A stretch of DNA of 64,000 bases from Camelus ferus (GCF_009834535.1 NC_045697.1:100380001-100444000); one strand, 5' to 3'; counted from the stretch's first letter, positions 11,426-24,600 are shown. Notes: generated from the sequence alone by a model not told the origin. Made by a program: numbers and translations.

Positions 11426-12800
11426 TGTGAAATCAGGACTGAGAAAAACTCAGAATTTGTGGGTCCAGGGATACCACTGCCCTCACCGCACTTGACATTT
11501 TCAACAGAGAAACTTCATAAAGAAGATGAGAACTCGTGGCTTCTGGAATGAGTACCCAGTCTCCCAATGTGACTACCGCAAAGGGAAAACACTCATTGGG
11601 GCCAATAGGGTTAGTACATCTATTAAAAGGAGAATCAATTACAGGCACAGCTTATATTTCTTGCATTTTAAGTTGTTTCATCTTGTTCTATTTTCTGGTT
11701 CTTTCTCTAACTTTCCTTGATGATAAATTCAAGCAAATAATTCCATTTTGACCCCATTCAACCTTTTTCTTTGCTCTGCCTGTTCATATGCAAGTTATAG
11801 ATTTCTTTAACAATATTGTTTATATAAGCTACTATTAAAACTTTCTCGAATTCTTAGGAGTGTTTTTGTCATGGCACTTAGTTCTGGATTTGGTACCCCT
11901 TGTTTTCACACCATACTGTTATTTCACACACATATATTGCCAATGTTTTCATCTGTTAAGCCCGCTGATGATATAATGCAATTTTAAATCTCCTAAGATT
12001 ACTCACTGAATAATAAAAGCAATCAACCATAGGGTACTGAATGATACAGAGGAATGTGTAAAGATTTTTGTTGTTGTTGCTAATTGTGTTTCAAAAAATA
12101 TTTGTGCATTCAGCTAGCCCTAATGGTAAAATTATATAGTTTAGGTTTTTCTTACAAATAGTTTTATTGTTGAGTAAGACATCTGTCTTAATAAATGGCT
12201 AAAATTAGTTCTATATTTTATAAAATCATTATCAATTTTGGATTTGGGAACAGAAGCATGAACATTGCTTTACATTTGTATTTCCATACACTTTTCAACT
12301 CAAATAATCCCTTGGTTCACTTTATTAAATGAGGCTAATTTTACCTATTAAGATTCACTCAAAATAAATATCTGTTTCTTTTTTCTTATCTGCCTTAATA
12401 ATAAATATAAAAGAATTCTAATTATCTTTTATGTAAATCTTCACCCCACAATGATTAATTCACCTATCTGCTCCATTCATATTTCCATGGAAATTTGTAT
12501 TCCATAATTCCACATAAATTGATCCATAAAGAACAGATTAAGACAGAGTAAACAGGCTGGGGAATATGCAGCCTGACATCTAGAAGGGAACTTCGGTTCA
12601 TTTGATTTTCCATGGCACGGAAGGTATATGGGTTGTTCATCAGTAGTTTCTGGTTCTACTCTTTCCAGGCACACTGAGGTTCGGGCAAGATACCATAAGG
12701 ATGGGAAAGATACTGTATTTCCACATCCGCTTCAGGTTTGGTGAGATCTTGTGACTCGCTTTAGACAGTAAAACATGAGCAGAGGCGCTGTGTGATGCTC

Positions 12801-13452
12801 TGTACCGAAGTACTTAGGACCCCCGAAACCCAGCAGGACCCTATGGGGCCTTCCTGGGACAGACCCCTCCCCCATGTCCTCTGTCTGCCTCTCATTTGTA
12901 GAAAAGCTGTCGTCTCCCAGGCCTCCCCCGAGTCACAAAAGCCTGGCTCAAGAGTTAACGATTAAAAGGGTGTGAACATATAGTGACAAAAACAGCAGCT
13001 GGGCCAGAAGAACTGGTAAGAATTTAAACAGTAAATCAGCCATGTGGCGGCCACAGAATCGTCAGCTTCTCTGAAGGACTTAGATAACAGTATCTGATAA
13101 CGGAAGAAGCTAACTACTTGATGACAATGAGCACTAGCTCCTGGACCCCCGGAACCTGAGGACTGGATGTTAACCCCTGGGACATCACCACCCTGTTACT
13201 GCATCATCAACAAATCAAAGAATTGTGCACAAGCGGATCACACACCCTGAGACTCTCTCCTCTCACCCAGCCTTTAAAAATGCCTTCCTGAAATCTGCCA
13301 GGGAGTCCAGGCTTTCTGAGCATTTATCTCTCCCAGACTCCTTGTCTGGCACGTTAACAATAAACGCTGCACTTACCTTCACCACAACCTGTGGCAGTAG
13401 CTTGGCTTCACTGCGCAGGCACAGGCGAGCGACACAAGTGTGGTTGGTAACA
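12801..13452 (+). mobile_element. ERV1-type solo LTR
   Basis: Inverted termini tgtaccgaa ... ttggtaaca, TATA-like ctttaaaaa near 13272 and AATAAA at 13359-13364. No primer-binding site or internal sequence follows. Confidence 0.85.
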
Positions 13453-13502
13453 CCCATAGGTGACTCCCGGTCTGCGCTCCCTTCCTGCTGCGTGACCTTG
13501 GG

Positions 13503-13901
13503 TGCCAGGAGGGTTGCTTGGCAAACTGGCCCCGTACGTGGAGGGCAAGGAGAGACCGAAAAAGCGCGGCAGACCGGTCCAGACTGGTAGGCGGCAGAGT
13601 GAATTAACAAGGAAACTTACATAGGAGGCTCTTCTCGTGAGGCTGCAAGAGGAGCAACGTGCACAACGCCCGCCAGAATCTTAAACGTTTGTTGGCGGCC
13701 TTATCTGGCTTCAGTCAGGTATACCGAGACGGTCTCCAGGACACGTTGCTCTCTGAAGGCTGCGTCCTTGCAAAGGGGTCCCACGGTGTGAACTGTGAGC
13801 TGAGTGTCCATTCGGAGGAAAAGGGCAGGGGGAGCATCCGTTTGCAGGGTCCAGCTCTTGGGTCACCCGATGGTCACGTCCTCTTCATGACCTCCCTGAC
13901 A
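13503..13901. mobile_element. Second solo LTR (ERV/ERVL-type, probably antisense)
   Basis: Inverted termini tgccagg ... ccctgaca, about 400 bp, CpG-rich. Family not firmly identified. Confidence 0.7.
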
Positions 13902-15813
13902 GGAGATCAGGGTAGCCAGCAACGCTGAGACCAGGCCCCCAAGACAGACAGCAGAGGACTTTGGGTGAGTGAGAAACACTTTTGTTGTGTTAAACCCTTG
14001 ATATTTTTGGTGTTTTACGTCACCACGACATAAATTAGCCAATCCCGACCAATGTTACATGAGTACCGTTTTTGTTCTTAATTAGGTTGTACTTTAAGTG
14101 GCAGCCACTGTAACTTTCCTCCCACATATATTTGATTTTTGAAAACTAGTTTTCTTTTTTTTCCTAAGGACTGTAAAGCTTTGGAGTTTTTCTGCCTTTT
14201 TGCTTGTACCTTCTTAAATGACAAGCATTAGCCGTAGTGTCTGGGTGCAATGCTTCCTAATCCATTTGTGCTGCCTGCAACAAGATAATTTGTTGAAGCA
14301 TCCCAGGAGGACTTTTTCCCGTTGGTTTGATTTTGTGAACACAGTATGCTACGGAACCAGAGAGTGGGATGCCAGCCAGGTAGCAGGAAAGGACTCTGGA
14401 ACTGCTGGAGAAAAACAAAATGCGAAGTCGTTAGAAAATAGCATGCTTATCTAACTTTGATGAAAATGAGGATTTGACATTCTCTCTCCTTTAGAAACGC
14501 TTGTTCCTTAATAAATGAATGAAGAAGTACTTATTTTGAGGTGGAGACTTCCTTAAAATCCTCTTTCTCCAGGGGTGTATTTTATGCCATTATTATTTTT
14601 GTAGGACAGTGGCCTCTGGAAGGGAGAATTTGAGATATTTTACGGAGGAGGACGGAACATGGTGGTTCAAAGGTAACTGAATTCTTATCAGGCCTTTGGA
14701 AATCTTAGTCTGGCATTACCCAGCCAAGGAAAGGATAATTTCTGTTGGAAAATCAGGGACATTTGGGGATTCTGGGGAAAAAAAAATCCATTTATAAAAT
14801 ACATTTAATCCATTTAGAAAATACACTCATCCAGAGCACATTCATTTACAGCCTAAACGAGGCTTGAATTGATCCAGCAAAGAATGCAATTGCAGTGCCA
14901 GGTCTCCAATGCAGATTGCAGGGCACTCTGTAATCTGAGAGTGTTATCATTGTATGCTGCAATCAGCCTGATGACACCTGCTCATTAGGAATTCATCGAG
15001 CGCTCATGTGGCTGTAATGCACTTCCATTTGTATTCTGGAGCCATTTAGCACTGGGAACTTAAAAGTCATTTGATCAATCTTGTGTGGAGCTCTTGTTTT
15101 CACTCCAGGCAAATTAATGTGAAGATCACTGCAACATATTAAACAGATTTAATTGTTCATTGATCAAGCCAAAACTCTGAAATGCACATGCTTTAAGATG
15201 TAATATTTCCTCAAATTTTGAAGGTATGAAAATGTTACATTCCTAGTTAGACTCAATGACAAAGATAGAGAAAGGTGAATGTTGAAGTACACATAAAACT
15301 TATTAGGTTCTTTTTTTTTTTTTTACATGAAGTTACTTTGGTTTAGGAATTCAAAGGGTATGTTATGTAAGTATGCTTTGCTCGTAAGATCATAGTTTCA
15401 TGTACAGTAATTTCTCTAATAGTGCTGACTTTATAGATTAGTTTTTTACTTTACTATTTTAATAAACTTAAAATGATTCTTAAATGTGCTACAAGCTATT
15501 GAACTTGGGAATTTAGTCTCTTCACATTTTTGCTGAGCTGTCAAATCCATCAAAACTTGAGAATAGACATCTTATGTTTATTTTTAAAACATAAAAAATA
15601 ATGGTGGGATCTGGGCTTTTGTGAACTCTACCATGTTGTGCAATACAGAAAGGACTTATTTTTAGAAAAGAGATTAAAGGAGAGAAAAAAAAAAAGGAGA
15701 AATCCCTCCACTTTCAAACTTACTGCCCACAAATGTTGCCACATGGAACTTTTCTAAACAGTCTTGTTTTTGTGAAGGGTTGTCATCAATATATTCTGCT
15801 TCATCATTTTAGC

Positions 15814-15888
15814 TTTTTAAAAATTGAACTGTACTTAATTTACAATATTGTGTTAGTTTCAGGTGTTCAGCAGTGATTCAGTTATGTG

Positions 15889-15927
<39 letters not shown>

Positions 15928-16078
15928 AAATATCTAAATATATATTGTTCTTTTCCATTATAGGCTATTAAAAGATATTGAATGTATTCCCCTGTGCTAT
16001 ACTGTAAATCCTTGTTGTTTATGTATTTTATATATAGTGGTGTGTATCTGTTAATCCCATACTCCTAATTTACCCCTC
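15814..16078 (-). mobile_element. LINE-1 3' end (cetartiodactyl type) with internal (TA)n
   Basis: aattgaactgtacttaatttacaatattgtgttagtttcaggtg ... cccctgtgctatactgtaaatccttgttg. (TA)n at about 15893-15925. Confidence 0.9.
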
Positions 16079-16324
16079 GATTCAGAGGGTTCTCAGATTA
16101 AGAAAAGGCTCTCAACTCTTTCCCACTTTTATGTATTTATAAATGTAAACTTAGATTTTCATATTTTGTGGAAGAATCCAGAGAAGGTGAGACTGTGAAT
16201 CAAAGTCAGTTTTACACAAAAACAGGCCAGCCAGTGTATTACATGAGGGGCTAAACTGACAATATTTCTGATTGTCATATTGGAACAAATATCTAAAAAT
16301 CACAAGTGTGGAAGTGCAGTCCTT

Positions 16325-16392
16325 TGAAAGAGATCATCACGATGATGTCATGTAATTCCCTCATCTTACAGATGAGGACACTGAAACCTAGT
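16325..16392 (-). mobile_element. MIR core fragment
   Basis: ccctcatcttacagatgaggacactgaaacctag. Confidence 0.7.
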
Positions 16393-16629
16393 TATCAAAT
16401 TAAAAACTATTTTATACCTTCAAGCTCTGAGAAAGAAGAGCACTGAGAAATGACACTAATAGCACCATGTAACAATTTGAATATTTATTTGATGTAGTAT
16501 AACTCCAATCAACAGAACAATGTTAAGTTCTTATAATTATTTTAGGTTTTCTTAAAATTAGTTTGCATGGTTACCCTAAGGGTAACCAGATTTCTGAGCT
16601 AATACTGAAGATTGAAACAAGCATGGGGC

Positions 16630-17250
16630 TTTATTCACTCATTTATTTATTGAAAATTATCTTTTGAGAACAAGTGGAGTACTGGGGACTGTTCTAGATG
16701 CTTAGGGTATATCAGTCCTTGTAAGCAAAGAGTTCTGCCCTTGTAGGGAGAGACAGACAATAAATAATAAACATAATAAATAAGTCAGAAGGTAGAAGAT
16801 GGCTGTGCCATGGGGAAAAATAGAGCAGAGTGAGAGGACTTGGCAGTTTGAAGTGGTGGGTTAGTGTGAAAGCCAGTTGCATCTTTAAATATGGTGGTCA
16901 AGGTGGGACTTGTAGAAGGTGACATGTGAGCAAAGGTCTGAAGGTGGGCAGGGAGTTAGCCAAGTGGAAATCTGGTAGAGGGACATTCCAGGCAAAGCAA
17001 GCAGCTAGCGCAAGCTTCTAAGGTGGGGTCGTGCTTGCTGCATCAGAGCAACAGCAAGGACGTCCACGTGGAGTGAATAAGAAATGAGGATTCAAGGGGG
17101 AGGGGCTGCTAGAGGTTAGGACCACAGGGGGCCGTGTAAAGAATCTGGCTCACCAGCGCGTGAAACAAGGTGCCTTTATTTAGAGTGACTTGCCTGGAAG
17201 GGTGGCACCATACGATACGATGTTTTTAGAAGATCATTTTGGCTGTGTTG
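16630..17250 (-). mobile_element. LINE-2 3' region (L2a-like)
   Basis: attcactcatttatttattg ... gactgttctagatgctt ... gaaggtgacatgtgagcaaaggtctgaagg ... cattccaggcaaag. Confidence 0.85.
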
Positions 17251-17650
17251 ATAAGAACCTCATCTTTACACAAACCTTTATCTTCATACACAGACTTCCT
17301 CAAAACCTTTTTCCTTTGAGCTCCGCTGTTACCTTGTTCCTTGTAACCAGCGCTTCCCTTCAAGTGGAAGACTTGGGGTATTTATGACTCTTCTGGATTC
17401 AAGGCTCCTCCGATTCCCAGGCCTGCGAAGCCTTTGGTGACCTGCCCTGCCATGTCCTCCGCACCTGGCAGACCCTAGGCTTTGCTCAGGGTGGATGGGC
17501 CGCTCTAGTGCCTTTCCCCACGTGGTGCATTGTTTTCGCCATTGGAAGCATCACCACCTCCAAGTATAGCCACCATATCGCTGAGACTCCCATGCATGCG
17601 CCTGGGCTTTGAGAAAATTAAAATCTTCTGCCATCTTCTCCTTTCCTACC

Positions 17651-17683
<33 letters not shown>

Positions 17684-18239
17684 GTTCTCAGTCAACATCA
17701 TTATAAAAATTAATTAATTAGTTTTTTTTAAACTTCTGGGAGACCATGTTCATTTTAATATGAAAATGGCTGTTTCCCCTGGTGTCTCCTCTAAAATCCA
17801 CACAAGTTCCATACCAGTGTGGAGGACTTTTCTAAAGATTTTTTTTTTTCTTTTTTTTTTTTTTTTTGTGAACACCACATATAGCATACCAAAACCTCTG
17901 GAAAATTCCTCCTTCTCCAGAGTTTACTAATTATAGCAGCTGCTTAGGACTCATCTCTGTATTTCTTCTTATCCCTCTTTGTCTTTCTCTGTCTTCCACT
18001 CTCTCTCCCTGTGTCTCTTTCCAGGATCATTTTTTTTTCTCCTCTGAGTGGCGCTATGAAGCGTCTATGTAGAGGAATCCTACCCTCTCTCACCTCTCCA
18101 TTGTGTCCTCACCCCTACCGTTGTGCAGCAAAGTGAAGCATCTTTTTCAGTATCCTCTTTCCTTAGGAGATGGGAGGAGGATGGGATTATAAATACTTAT
18201 AAATAATACATTTTGTCCTGGTCCCATAATTTTTGTTGT

Positions 18240-18800
18240 TCTAATTATAAAACAACATATTTTTAAAAAAACATTAGAAAATAGAGACACAAAAAATGCC
18301 AAAAAAAAAAAGTATTCACAATCCTGTCACAGTCTTGTTAAAGAGATAATTGTAACACACTTTTTTTTATCCTTCCATAACTTTTTTGCATTTGTGTATT
18401 TTTTAACAAAAATTGGTTCCTCCTATGCCTAGATTTGTAACATAAGTTCATTTAATATATCATGACTGAATCCATGTCAATAAATATTCCTTTTAAACAA
18501 TTTTTAATGACTTATTTGTTTACCATTATATGAATGTACTGTTATTTAATCATCACCATATAATTAGACATTTATATGGTAATATAGATAATGTTTCCCC
18601 ATATCTTTAATTTTTCCTTTGAGTAAGTGTCTAGAATTGGTATTTTAGGTCCAAAAGTATACATGTTTCTGTATTTTTGGTGTATGTTGCCACATTGTAC
18701 TGAGACTGATAATACCAATTTTTCCATTCTCATCAATACTCTTTGAGGCTGGTCCCCTACCGCCAAACCATCTAATACAAGTTATTATTTTTTTTAAGAA
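18240..18800 (-). mobile_element. Old LINE-1 (L1ME-like) fragment
   Basis: ttcctttgagtaagtgtctagaattggtattttaggtccaaaagtatacatg ... gttgccacattg is antisense L1M ORF2-end/3' UTR text. Confidence 0.65.
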
Positions 18801-18813
18801 ATCATTGACAACA

Positions 18814-19042
18814 CAGTTGACCCTTGAACAATGTGGGGGCTAGTGACACCAACTCTCCCCACAGGAGAAGATGAGGATGTAACTTTACAGCATAACTTTA
18901 CAGTTGGCTGCCCACATCCTTGGTTCCACTTCCCCCAGTTCAGCCAGCCTTGGACAATGTGGTACTGTGATACCTATTTAGTGAAAAAAACCTTGTAAGT
19001 GGTCTTGTGCAGTTCAAACCCAGGTTGTTCAAGGGCCAACTG
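18814..19042. mobile_element. MER8 (Tigger-derived MITE), full length
   Basis: Terminal inverted repeats cagttgacccttgaacaa and ttgttcaagggccaactg, about 230 bp, with a small internal tandem duplication of taactttacag. Confidence 0.9.
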
Positions 19043-19199
19043 TGATAACATACAAACAAGTTGTATGTTATTGTGGTTTAATTTTTTTATTGCTTTGATC
19101 ATCAATGGCAATAAATATGTGTCAACACTAAAGATTTCAACTTGGGTATCCTTCTTTCTCTCCTGGAAAGAGTTTCTGACTCCTCCATTCTGCACTGGC

Positions 19200-19545
19200 C
19201 CTCTCTCATGTTTTCCCATAGAACTCTGTACTTGGATTGCCACCTTCTAATGGCCAACTTAATTCCCTTTCTGCTTCTCTAGACTTTAGGATCTGTGAGG
19301 ACAGGAATTCCACTCTCTTGCTCATCACGTGCCAGTGCACATCATAGCTTCTAAATAAGTAGTTGTTAATCAGATCCCGGAAACCATGATTTTAAATAGT
19401 CATTGGTTAATATCTTCTACCTTTTATTAAAGAAAATATATATTACTTAACTATTTTAATAGAAAAACAATGACCTTGTTTTGTAATTTCCAGAGATTAG
19501 AAACAAACAAACACATATTAACCCTGCTGAATGAATGAATAAAAG
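19200..19545 (+). mobile_element. LINE-2 3' end, interrupted by about 155 bp of unassigned sequence
   Basis: ctagactttaggatctgtgaggacagg ... taaataagtagttgtt, then tgaatgaatgaat near 19528. Confidence 0.6.
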
Positions 19546-21184
19546 GATGACTGAATGGAAGCTTTTTCTGTTGTTCGTTCTATTTCTGGTCTCACAAAAT
19601 CTACATAACTGGCTGAGAACATACCCCCAACGTCTAGATTGAAAGTTCAGTTAAAATTAACCAAAACAAAGCAAAAACACAGGCAAAGAGGAAACTAAGT
19701 AAAGGATGCTTGTTTGATACCTCGAAATGGATCATATTTTATTTTATAAATTAAGTCAAACTTGGAGTTCCACCCATGGCTGGGTTTCCAGATAATCCTT
19801 AGTTTTTCAAGTTATCTAGATATACCTATCATCTGGAAATCCTTTCCTAAACAAATAATGAGTAAAGGGATGTTTGTATTAAAAACTTCAAATCTTAACA
19901 TTTTTCTGTTACATATACTGGGAATTTCCAACTAGATTTCTAATGGAATCCATTCTAAGCCTCAAGTGATCAATTATTTTACTAATATACATTCCAAATT
20001 AATTTTTATAAATCAGAATGTTATTTGGCTTAGCTAACTTAATAAAATTTATTAATAGCCAAACATTAATAAAGAGGTTAACTGATGAAATGATGTTAGT
20101 AATTTAAACATAATTATTGGAAAAGCAGAGAAGTGATCTTGGTAAAAGTCAGTTGAAATGAGTTTTGATTATTTATCTAATAATATCATCTAAGTTCAAC
20201 CAACGCAAACATAGTAGGAAGGGGACAGATTTAGGACAAAGTTAAAATAGCAAAGTTATCTCTTAATTCCTGGAAAAGCAAATCCAAAAAGACATTTTGT
20301 TGTGTGAAAGCAATATAAACAATCTCTTATTAAAATTATATTTTTAAACATAATGAAGGTATGCTAGGGATTGGGATTTGAATGCAAAGTACTAAAGAGA
20401 GATCTTGAAATAACTTAATATATTGTTTTTTTAATTTATTTCTACTTCTAATTTTATGACTCAGCAATGGCAAGGGTTCATACCTAGAATAGGTGTAAAT
20501 AGGACAATTACATGGTGGGTAGATTGTTAAAAAGAGGGAGCTCTGTTTCTCTGGCAGTCTGTTTATTTTTCAATATTTTTAAAGAGTAAGAAGCCTTTTC
20601 TGACATTTTTGCTTGAGGGACTGGATTTAAAAGTATGCCATTTACGTTTGGTATATTTAATTAAATGTTTGGTTTGAGCTTATAGGGAACTTCTATTTAT
20701 TTTAGTCAGTTCAGATTGCAATAGAGTATTAAAAATTCCATTAGAGATTATTGTTGACATTATGTTAAAAAAATGTTTCTCTAACAGGACAAAGCCTCTC
20801 TGTTACTAAATTTTCCACTCTTCTTTGATATATTGTTTCATTTGTGAATGCGATAATCTCATCATTTCTTAGTGGTTTCCTGATTTTGTAGTTTATGACT
20901 CAGATAATGTGATTTAATCAATGGGTCAGATTAATAAACCCAAGCTCGTGCTCATTAAAATCTCAGCATAAACAGATCTGAATGAGTGTGTTATCTTGTC
21001 ATCGCATTGCTGTTTTTGTGCAATTGCCCATTTAGTTATTGCCCCTTTTATGTTGAAGCTCTGGGAAGATGAGACATGTCTGTGTTACTTGATCTGAATA
21101 GTTTTTAGTGACATATCAAGCCAGGATAGATTAAATAATGACAATAATAATAATATCAATAATAATTTTAACAATTAAATACAA

Positions 21185-21395
21185 AAAAACCATTTATTTT
21201 ATACCTACTCTCTGCCTGGCACTGTGCTAAGAATTAGGAACACATTATCTCTGCAAGATCGGTGTTATTACCTCCACTTTACATGAGTTAACTGAGGTAC
21301 CAGAAGGTTAAATAATTTGCTAAAGATTTAGGGTTATTAAATGTTAGAAATAAAAAGCAGCCTGCTTAATTCCAAAGATCATAATATTCTATTAC
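21185..21395 (-). mobile_element. MIR SINE
   Basis: catttattttatacctactctctgcctggcactgtgctaag ... tattacctccactttacatgagttaactgagg. Confidence 0.8.
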
Positions 21396-21474
21396 ATAAG
21401 TTGTCACTGATAGTTGAATGACGTCTGTACCCTTAGGGATGTTGTGTTTTACTGTATTCCTATCATGAAAGAGC

Positions 21475-21635
21475 ATAGTTTCTCAGAATTAGTATGAGGA
21501 TCTAGTTAAAAGGCAGATTCTGATTCAGGGGGTTGGAGATCCTGCATTTCCGATAAGTTTGAGATCCTGTGTTTCCAGCAAGCTCCCAGGTGACACCAGT
21601 ATGGCTGGCCTGAGGACACCGCTTTGGGTGACAAG
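21475..21635. mobile_element. MER5A (hAT-Charlie)
   Basis: gcagattctgattcagggg ... gagatcctgcatttc ... caagctcccaggtgacaccagtatggctggcctgaggacaccgctttg, with an internal tandem duplication of about 25 bp. Confidence 0.85.
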
Positions 21636-24600
21636 CTCCAGAGTTGAGATGCCTGACACGGTGGGGAGGAAGTGTTGGGAAACATGCTCACTGGACCTTC
21701 ACTGGAAGGATTTCAAAGTTTTCAACCTAGTGAGTTTTCCTTTTCCTGGAAGAATCTTGTAAGCCTTTCTTCACCTCCTAAAACCAGTGCTGAAGAGAGC
21801 CACGAGTACTGATGGGGATGCCTGCTACATCCCTCATCCCTCCTGTGTTTGGGATAGAAAAGGACTGACAATGACTGACCCAGTGAATTCAGAAGCTGGA
21901 ACACTACAAGCCAGTTTGAGTCCCAGGTGACAGTGTCAGTGCTAAGGCAGAGGGGGAAGGAAACCTAAAGAAAGGGACCCAGTGTTGGGAAAGAAGAGAG
22001 GTAAGAGGAGAAAGGTGGGAGAAAGTGGAGGAAAATAACCGGCTACATACAGCGGTGAGTGATAGAATGGCACTGAAGAGTGCTGGAAAGGGCCAGTCTC
22101 AGATCACTACAGCACCTAATTTGCACAAGCTCCTCATCTCAAAAATACAACTTTTCTCGTTTTGTTATAGGGCCTCAGATTATAGTTTTGATTCAGAGCA
22201 ACCTCTAAGACAGTACGCTATGTCAGTTAGCCTCTAATGTCTGCTAGCAATTTCAGGGTGAATATTTCGAGCTGAGTGAAAAATAATCTTTCACCTTCAC
22301 TTATACTTTGGCATAATTGCTCTAGAGCTATCTTGTCTTTATAATTTGGCTAATGTGTTAGTGTAATTGGAAAGAGTGGGATGGAATGGGGGTAGTCAAA
22401 TTCCATGAATGACTCCGTTCCTGAGAAGTGTGTTTGCGTGTGTGCATGTGTGCATGTTAAAACACAAGCGTGTGCACACACACACCCCACTTCTCATATC
22501 TGTGGACTGTTGAAAAATGAAAATTACTGTTTTCAGTTATGTTTTAAACAAATACAGGCATTGCTTTTTATAATTCTTTGTTTGAAAAGACAACTAGCTG
22601 AAAATGCCCTGGCCAGTTTTAGATAGATGCCAGGTGGAAATACAGAGGGCACCAAGTACTTTATGAAATACAAATGTTACTGCAAGTTTGTTATTGCTTC
22701 TCCAAACCTTATGGGATATAGTAACAAGAGCAAATGTGGGTCAAAGTTACCATCGCTTGAACATAATACTGAAGACATGAACCCAGATTTTGATGGTCAC
22801 CAGAGTGGTTCTCATTTTAAAATGGAGTAAGTCAACAGCAACTGCCCCAAACTCTATTGATCCAAGCCTTCTCAAATCATCTCCTAGTAGTGTGCTCTTA
22901 CATGGAACAGCTGATTAAAACACTGAAACTCACTAAAACAGCCAGTTTATGCCGCTGTATCTCTGATGGGAGTTTTCTAATTCTTACTAATATGTTTAAT
23001 CTCATCAGCACCTTGGTGTACATGGTTCCATCTTGATGGAATCTGTGCGATCCATCTCAAAATTTTAAAGAGCTTTCCTATATTATTGGTTCACTAATTT
23101 CTGTTTTCAACCTACAGTTTATGCCAATTTCCTCCTTGGGAAATTGCCAGTATGTGTTTCTTAGCCTGGTAGCTTACGTGAAATGTCTATCGAATTTTAG
23201 TCACAATTTTTTAACTGTCACTGATCATTGCTCTACGCCTTCTGACTTTGGGGAAAAAACTAGCAGGAGTGATATGAGATTGTTTGCAGCATTTATTGAT
23301 AATTCACAGAGACTTTGACTTTGTGGACAACAGATATTATGGTCTACGGTCTAAGGTCCATGAACTTCTGATTGGACCTATATTACTAGTGCTTCTCCAG
23401 AAGCTGCATCTTAACAGATTAGCTGGTTAGGATCAAGCCTGAACCTCTCATGAAGGATTAGAGATGGATTCAGTATCCTTTTCTTCCAAGTTTGATTCTA
23501 AATGACTTGCTTTGGGATCAGCTGGATACATGTCCCCTGATATACAGAATTATAATATAAATCCTTTATTGTCTTATATATAGATGGCATAGTTTGATTT
23601 ATCCCAAACTGTAAAGGACCTAAGATTCAACCAGTCTTTCTAATGCACTATAAAGTCTAGAAAAAGTGCACTTGAGATAAACTCTTTTAGAGTTTAAATC
23701 ATGATTTTTAGAGTATATAGTCCAGAATATACTTTATTTTTACCCATCAGCTTTTTGTTTGTATTACTTGTCCACTTATGAAGTCCATTCATCACATTGC
23801 TTTCTCTGTCAAGAGAAAATTTGCTGATCAGGTTTATTACTTAATTAAAATTTAAAATTTTGTCCTAATGAATTGAATTATCATAATTTCAAACCATTAT
23901 AGTTATTTACCCTCTAATTCTATCTTTAAGTGATAAAAATAATTCTGGTTTAGTAATAGTCTAGTAAACACATGTAAAAGTTAGGGTTCAATTAGTTTAT
24001 TATTAGCTACTAGTCTAAATTGTTAACTAGTGGTACTGATTTTACTCAAAGTTTTCTGCCTTAATAGCTATTAACAATTTTATTTAAACTTTTCTCATTT
24101 GAAAATTTTAGTTTGGGATATTTTATATTATATTTTATTCATTTTTCTAAAGAGTATATTTGTGGAAACAAATACAGGAGCTTGTATTTCTGCACTAATA
24201 TTGGTCTGGGCCAAAGTTTTCCTTTTAAATAGTGATTAATTTTTTCTTTCTGCCCCAGTATGAAAATTGGAGTGCAGTCTTTTTATTATTATTATTATTA
24301 ACTAAAATCAATTCAATTTTTAAAACAAACAACCAAAATTTTCTATATACATGAACAACTTTGCTTCATTAAGTTCTATTACTGCTAAGCAAAATTACAT
24401 GAATTAAGAAGGACAAGTCATTGAGTCCCCCTCAGAAATAGCTAAGTCTGAATTGGATCTTCATAAAACATTTGACTTTTTCTCACTTCTTACAAAAAAA
24501 AAAAAATCATCTTCCCCTGTATTTTTCTGTAATTACTTTGTAGATATGTGTTTACTCAAAATGAAGGCATATGGAACCAGAGAGCCATAACTTTTAAATT

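Larger units (their letters stand above)
12700..14055 (+). mobile_element. Old MaLR LTR (MLT1I/J-like) split by two younger LTR insertions
   Basis: 5' piece cttgtgactcgctttagacagtaaaacatgagcagagg (to 12800), a short middle piece (13453-13502), and a 3' piece gtgagtgagaaacacttttgttgtgttaaaccc ... cataaattagccaatcccgaccaat. Confidence 0.7.

Noticed and set aside
11964..12010. Box C/D snoRNA-like TGATGA...CTGA
   Set aside because: Too short (about 45 nt), imperfect box C and no terminal stem.
14775..14826. Short tandem duplication aatccattta(t/g)aaaatac
   Set aside because: Ordinary slippage-type duplication with no sign of function.
19371..19528. Possible hAT fragment interrupting an L2 tail
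   Set aside because: Only a weak terminal resemblance (taaccctg); no paired inverted end or target duplication was found.
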